In this document: in pieces, positions 60,799-64,000 of the stretch
How positions within the stretch are numbered: the first letter of the stretch is position 1
Layout of the letters: the number at the start of each line of letters is the position of its first letter
Source: an uncultured Candidatus Rokubacteria bacterium
GTDB lineage: Bacteria; Methylomirabilota; Methylomirabilia; Rokubacteriales; CSP1-6
Direction of reading: 5' to 3'
Length of the DNA: 64,000 bases
Assembly (NCBI GenBank): GCA_963762145.1
Contig: CAVXJS010000021.1
Location: 736,001 to 800,000 of the forward strand
Made by a program: the position numbers and the translations under genes
Notes under the pieces: model-generated
Told to the model about the DNA's origin: nothing
The model's input: only the letters and a program-made list of their open reading frames with translations
Databases searched by the model: none

Positions 60799-60819
60799 CC
60801 CCCCCCCTCCCCCCCCCCC
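60799..60819. repeat. Homopolymer tract C9-T-C11 (G11-A-G9 on minus strand)
   Basis: Seen directly between convergent genes. Confidence 0.8.
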
Positions 60820-60824
60820 TGAGC

Positions 60825-61173
60825 TCAGTTCGCCCGCTCCGGGCGACCCCACTCGATCGCGAAGCCCACCCCCGGCCAGCCCGGATTGTCGTGATCACCA
60901 CCGACGCGGGAGCCCACCGGCGGATTCGCCGCACTCAAGCCCGCCACGCCCGCGCGACCCCGACTTGGTGTCCTTCGACAGTGGCGCGATGAAGTTCGGA
61001 CGACCCGGCAGCGCCGGGCGGTGCGGCTGAAGATCTCGTTCGGGAACCGCCGGCGCGATGCGCTCGCGCTGAGCCGGTGTCGTCTTCAGGTCCATCGACT
61101 GCGCGGCGACGGTGAGCGGCAGCAGCGTCAACGGCGCGGCAACGAGCAGAGCCACGATGGTTCGGATAAGCAT
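60825..61173 (-). CDS. Small secreted hypothetical protein (frameshift near 60960)
   Basis: Signal peptide MLIRTIVALLVAAPLTLLPLTVAA; AAGGAGG SD; second frame ends GWPGVGFAIEWGRPERAN*. Confidence 0.65.
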
Positions 61174-61215
61174 GGTCGTCGTCCTCCTTCGCTACTTGAC
61201 GACACTCCCTAGGAC

Positions 61216-61229
61216 GCACGGTCCATGCC
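61216..61229 (-). promoter_or_regulatory. Putative sigma54 promoter (weaker match)
   Basis: Minus strand TTCGGCATGGACCGTGCG. Confidence 0.45.
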
Positions 61230-61392
61230 GAATGTCCCGTCAATTGCCAATGGCGACAACGGTTTAGCCACGGCGGCAGCGGGGAGGCAGCCGGGACCGG
61301 AAGGATCGACCAGGTAGAAACTCCCCTTCCCGGGACCAGGCAACGCGCTTATCATGTCGGCACTTCACCGCTCACCTTCGAAGGAGAAGGCC

Positions 61393-63487
<2,095 letters not shown>

Positions 63488-63492
63488 GCGCC

Positions 63493-64000
63493 ATGCGCGC
63501 GCTGGTGACGGGAGCGGCGAGCGGGATCGGGCGGGCCACCTGCCTGCGGCTGGCGCGGGACGCGCAGGCGGCGCGGGCGGCAAGGCGCAGATCGCGGCGG
63601 TGGACCTCGCGGCCCTCGCCCGCGCTCGACGCGCTCGGCGAAGGAGCTCGGCGAGCTGGGCGCGGCGGCGATGCTGCCGCTCCGCGGCGACATGGCGCAC
63701 CGCGGACGCGCCCGGCGCGCGTCGTGGAGGAGGCGGTCGCGCGCTTCGGCGGGCTCGACGGGGTGGTGAGCAACGCGGGCGTCAACCGGCCCGGGCCGCT
63801 CGTCGACTACGCGGTCGAGGACTGGGACCGGCTGTTCGCGGTCAACACGCGCGCCACGTGGCTCCTCGCCAAGGCGGCCCACGGCGCTCGAGGCCTCGCG
63901 CGGCGCCATCGTGGCGGTGGGGTCCATGTCGGGCAGCAACGCCCACGCCAACCTCGGCGCCTACGGGCCGAGCAAGGCCGCGGTGATCATGCTCGTCGCG
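63493..64000 (+). CDS. SDR oxidoreductase, partial (frameshifts; runs off the window edge)
   Basis: [19 protein letters not shown]. Confidence 0.85.
   Translation, partial: MRALVTGAASGIGRATCLRLARDAQAARAARRRSRRWTSRPSPALDALGEGARRAGRGGDAAAPRRHGAPRTRPARVVEEAVARFGGLDGVVSNAGVNRPGPLVDYAVEDWDRLFAVNTRATWLLAKAAHGARGLARRHRGGGVHVGQQRPRQPRRLRAEQGRGDHARR

Overview
High-GC (roughly 70-75% by eye) bacterial chromosomal DNA, densely coding, about 62 CDS. I found no rRNA, tRNA, CRISPR array, integrase or transposase. The gene repertoire (many LLM/F420-type oxidoreductases, CoA-transferases, acyl-CoA dehydrogenases, amidohydrolases, hybrid kinases) suggests a soil heterotroph such as Ca. Rokubacteria; this is inference only. 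Positions 1-16 kb form a stress/dormancy-type island: split LigD and Ku (NHEJ), a sugar-phosphate nucleotidyltransferase, a Cys-rich metallothionein-like protein, unannotated microproteins, an F420-type LLM, two hybrid histidine kinases, an NPP-family hydrolase, a VTT/DedA protein and a Pol-beta nucleotidyltransferase + metallophosphoesterase pair. Positions 16-64 kb are mostly catabolic and housekeeping genes. The strongest unannotated signals are: (i) eight sigma54-type GG-N10-GC promoters, five in the island and five placed 15-16 nt before an SD-less ATG, implying a near-leaderless sigma54 regulon that includes NHEJ; (ii) two copies of an 84-87 bp palindromic element with compensatory changes, each abutting the stop codon of a CaiB/BaiF gene; (iii) many sigma70 -10 boxes 7-9 nt before start codons. 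Clustered single-base frameshifts (about 19.6, 28.4-28.7, 30.9-32.1, 45.3-52.6 and 61-64 kb) look like long-read consensus errors rather than pseudogenes.
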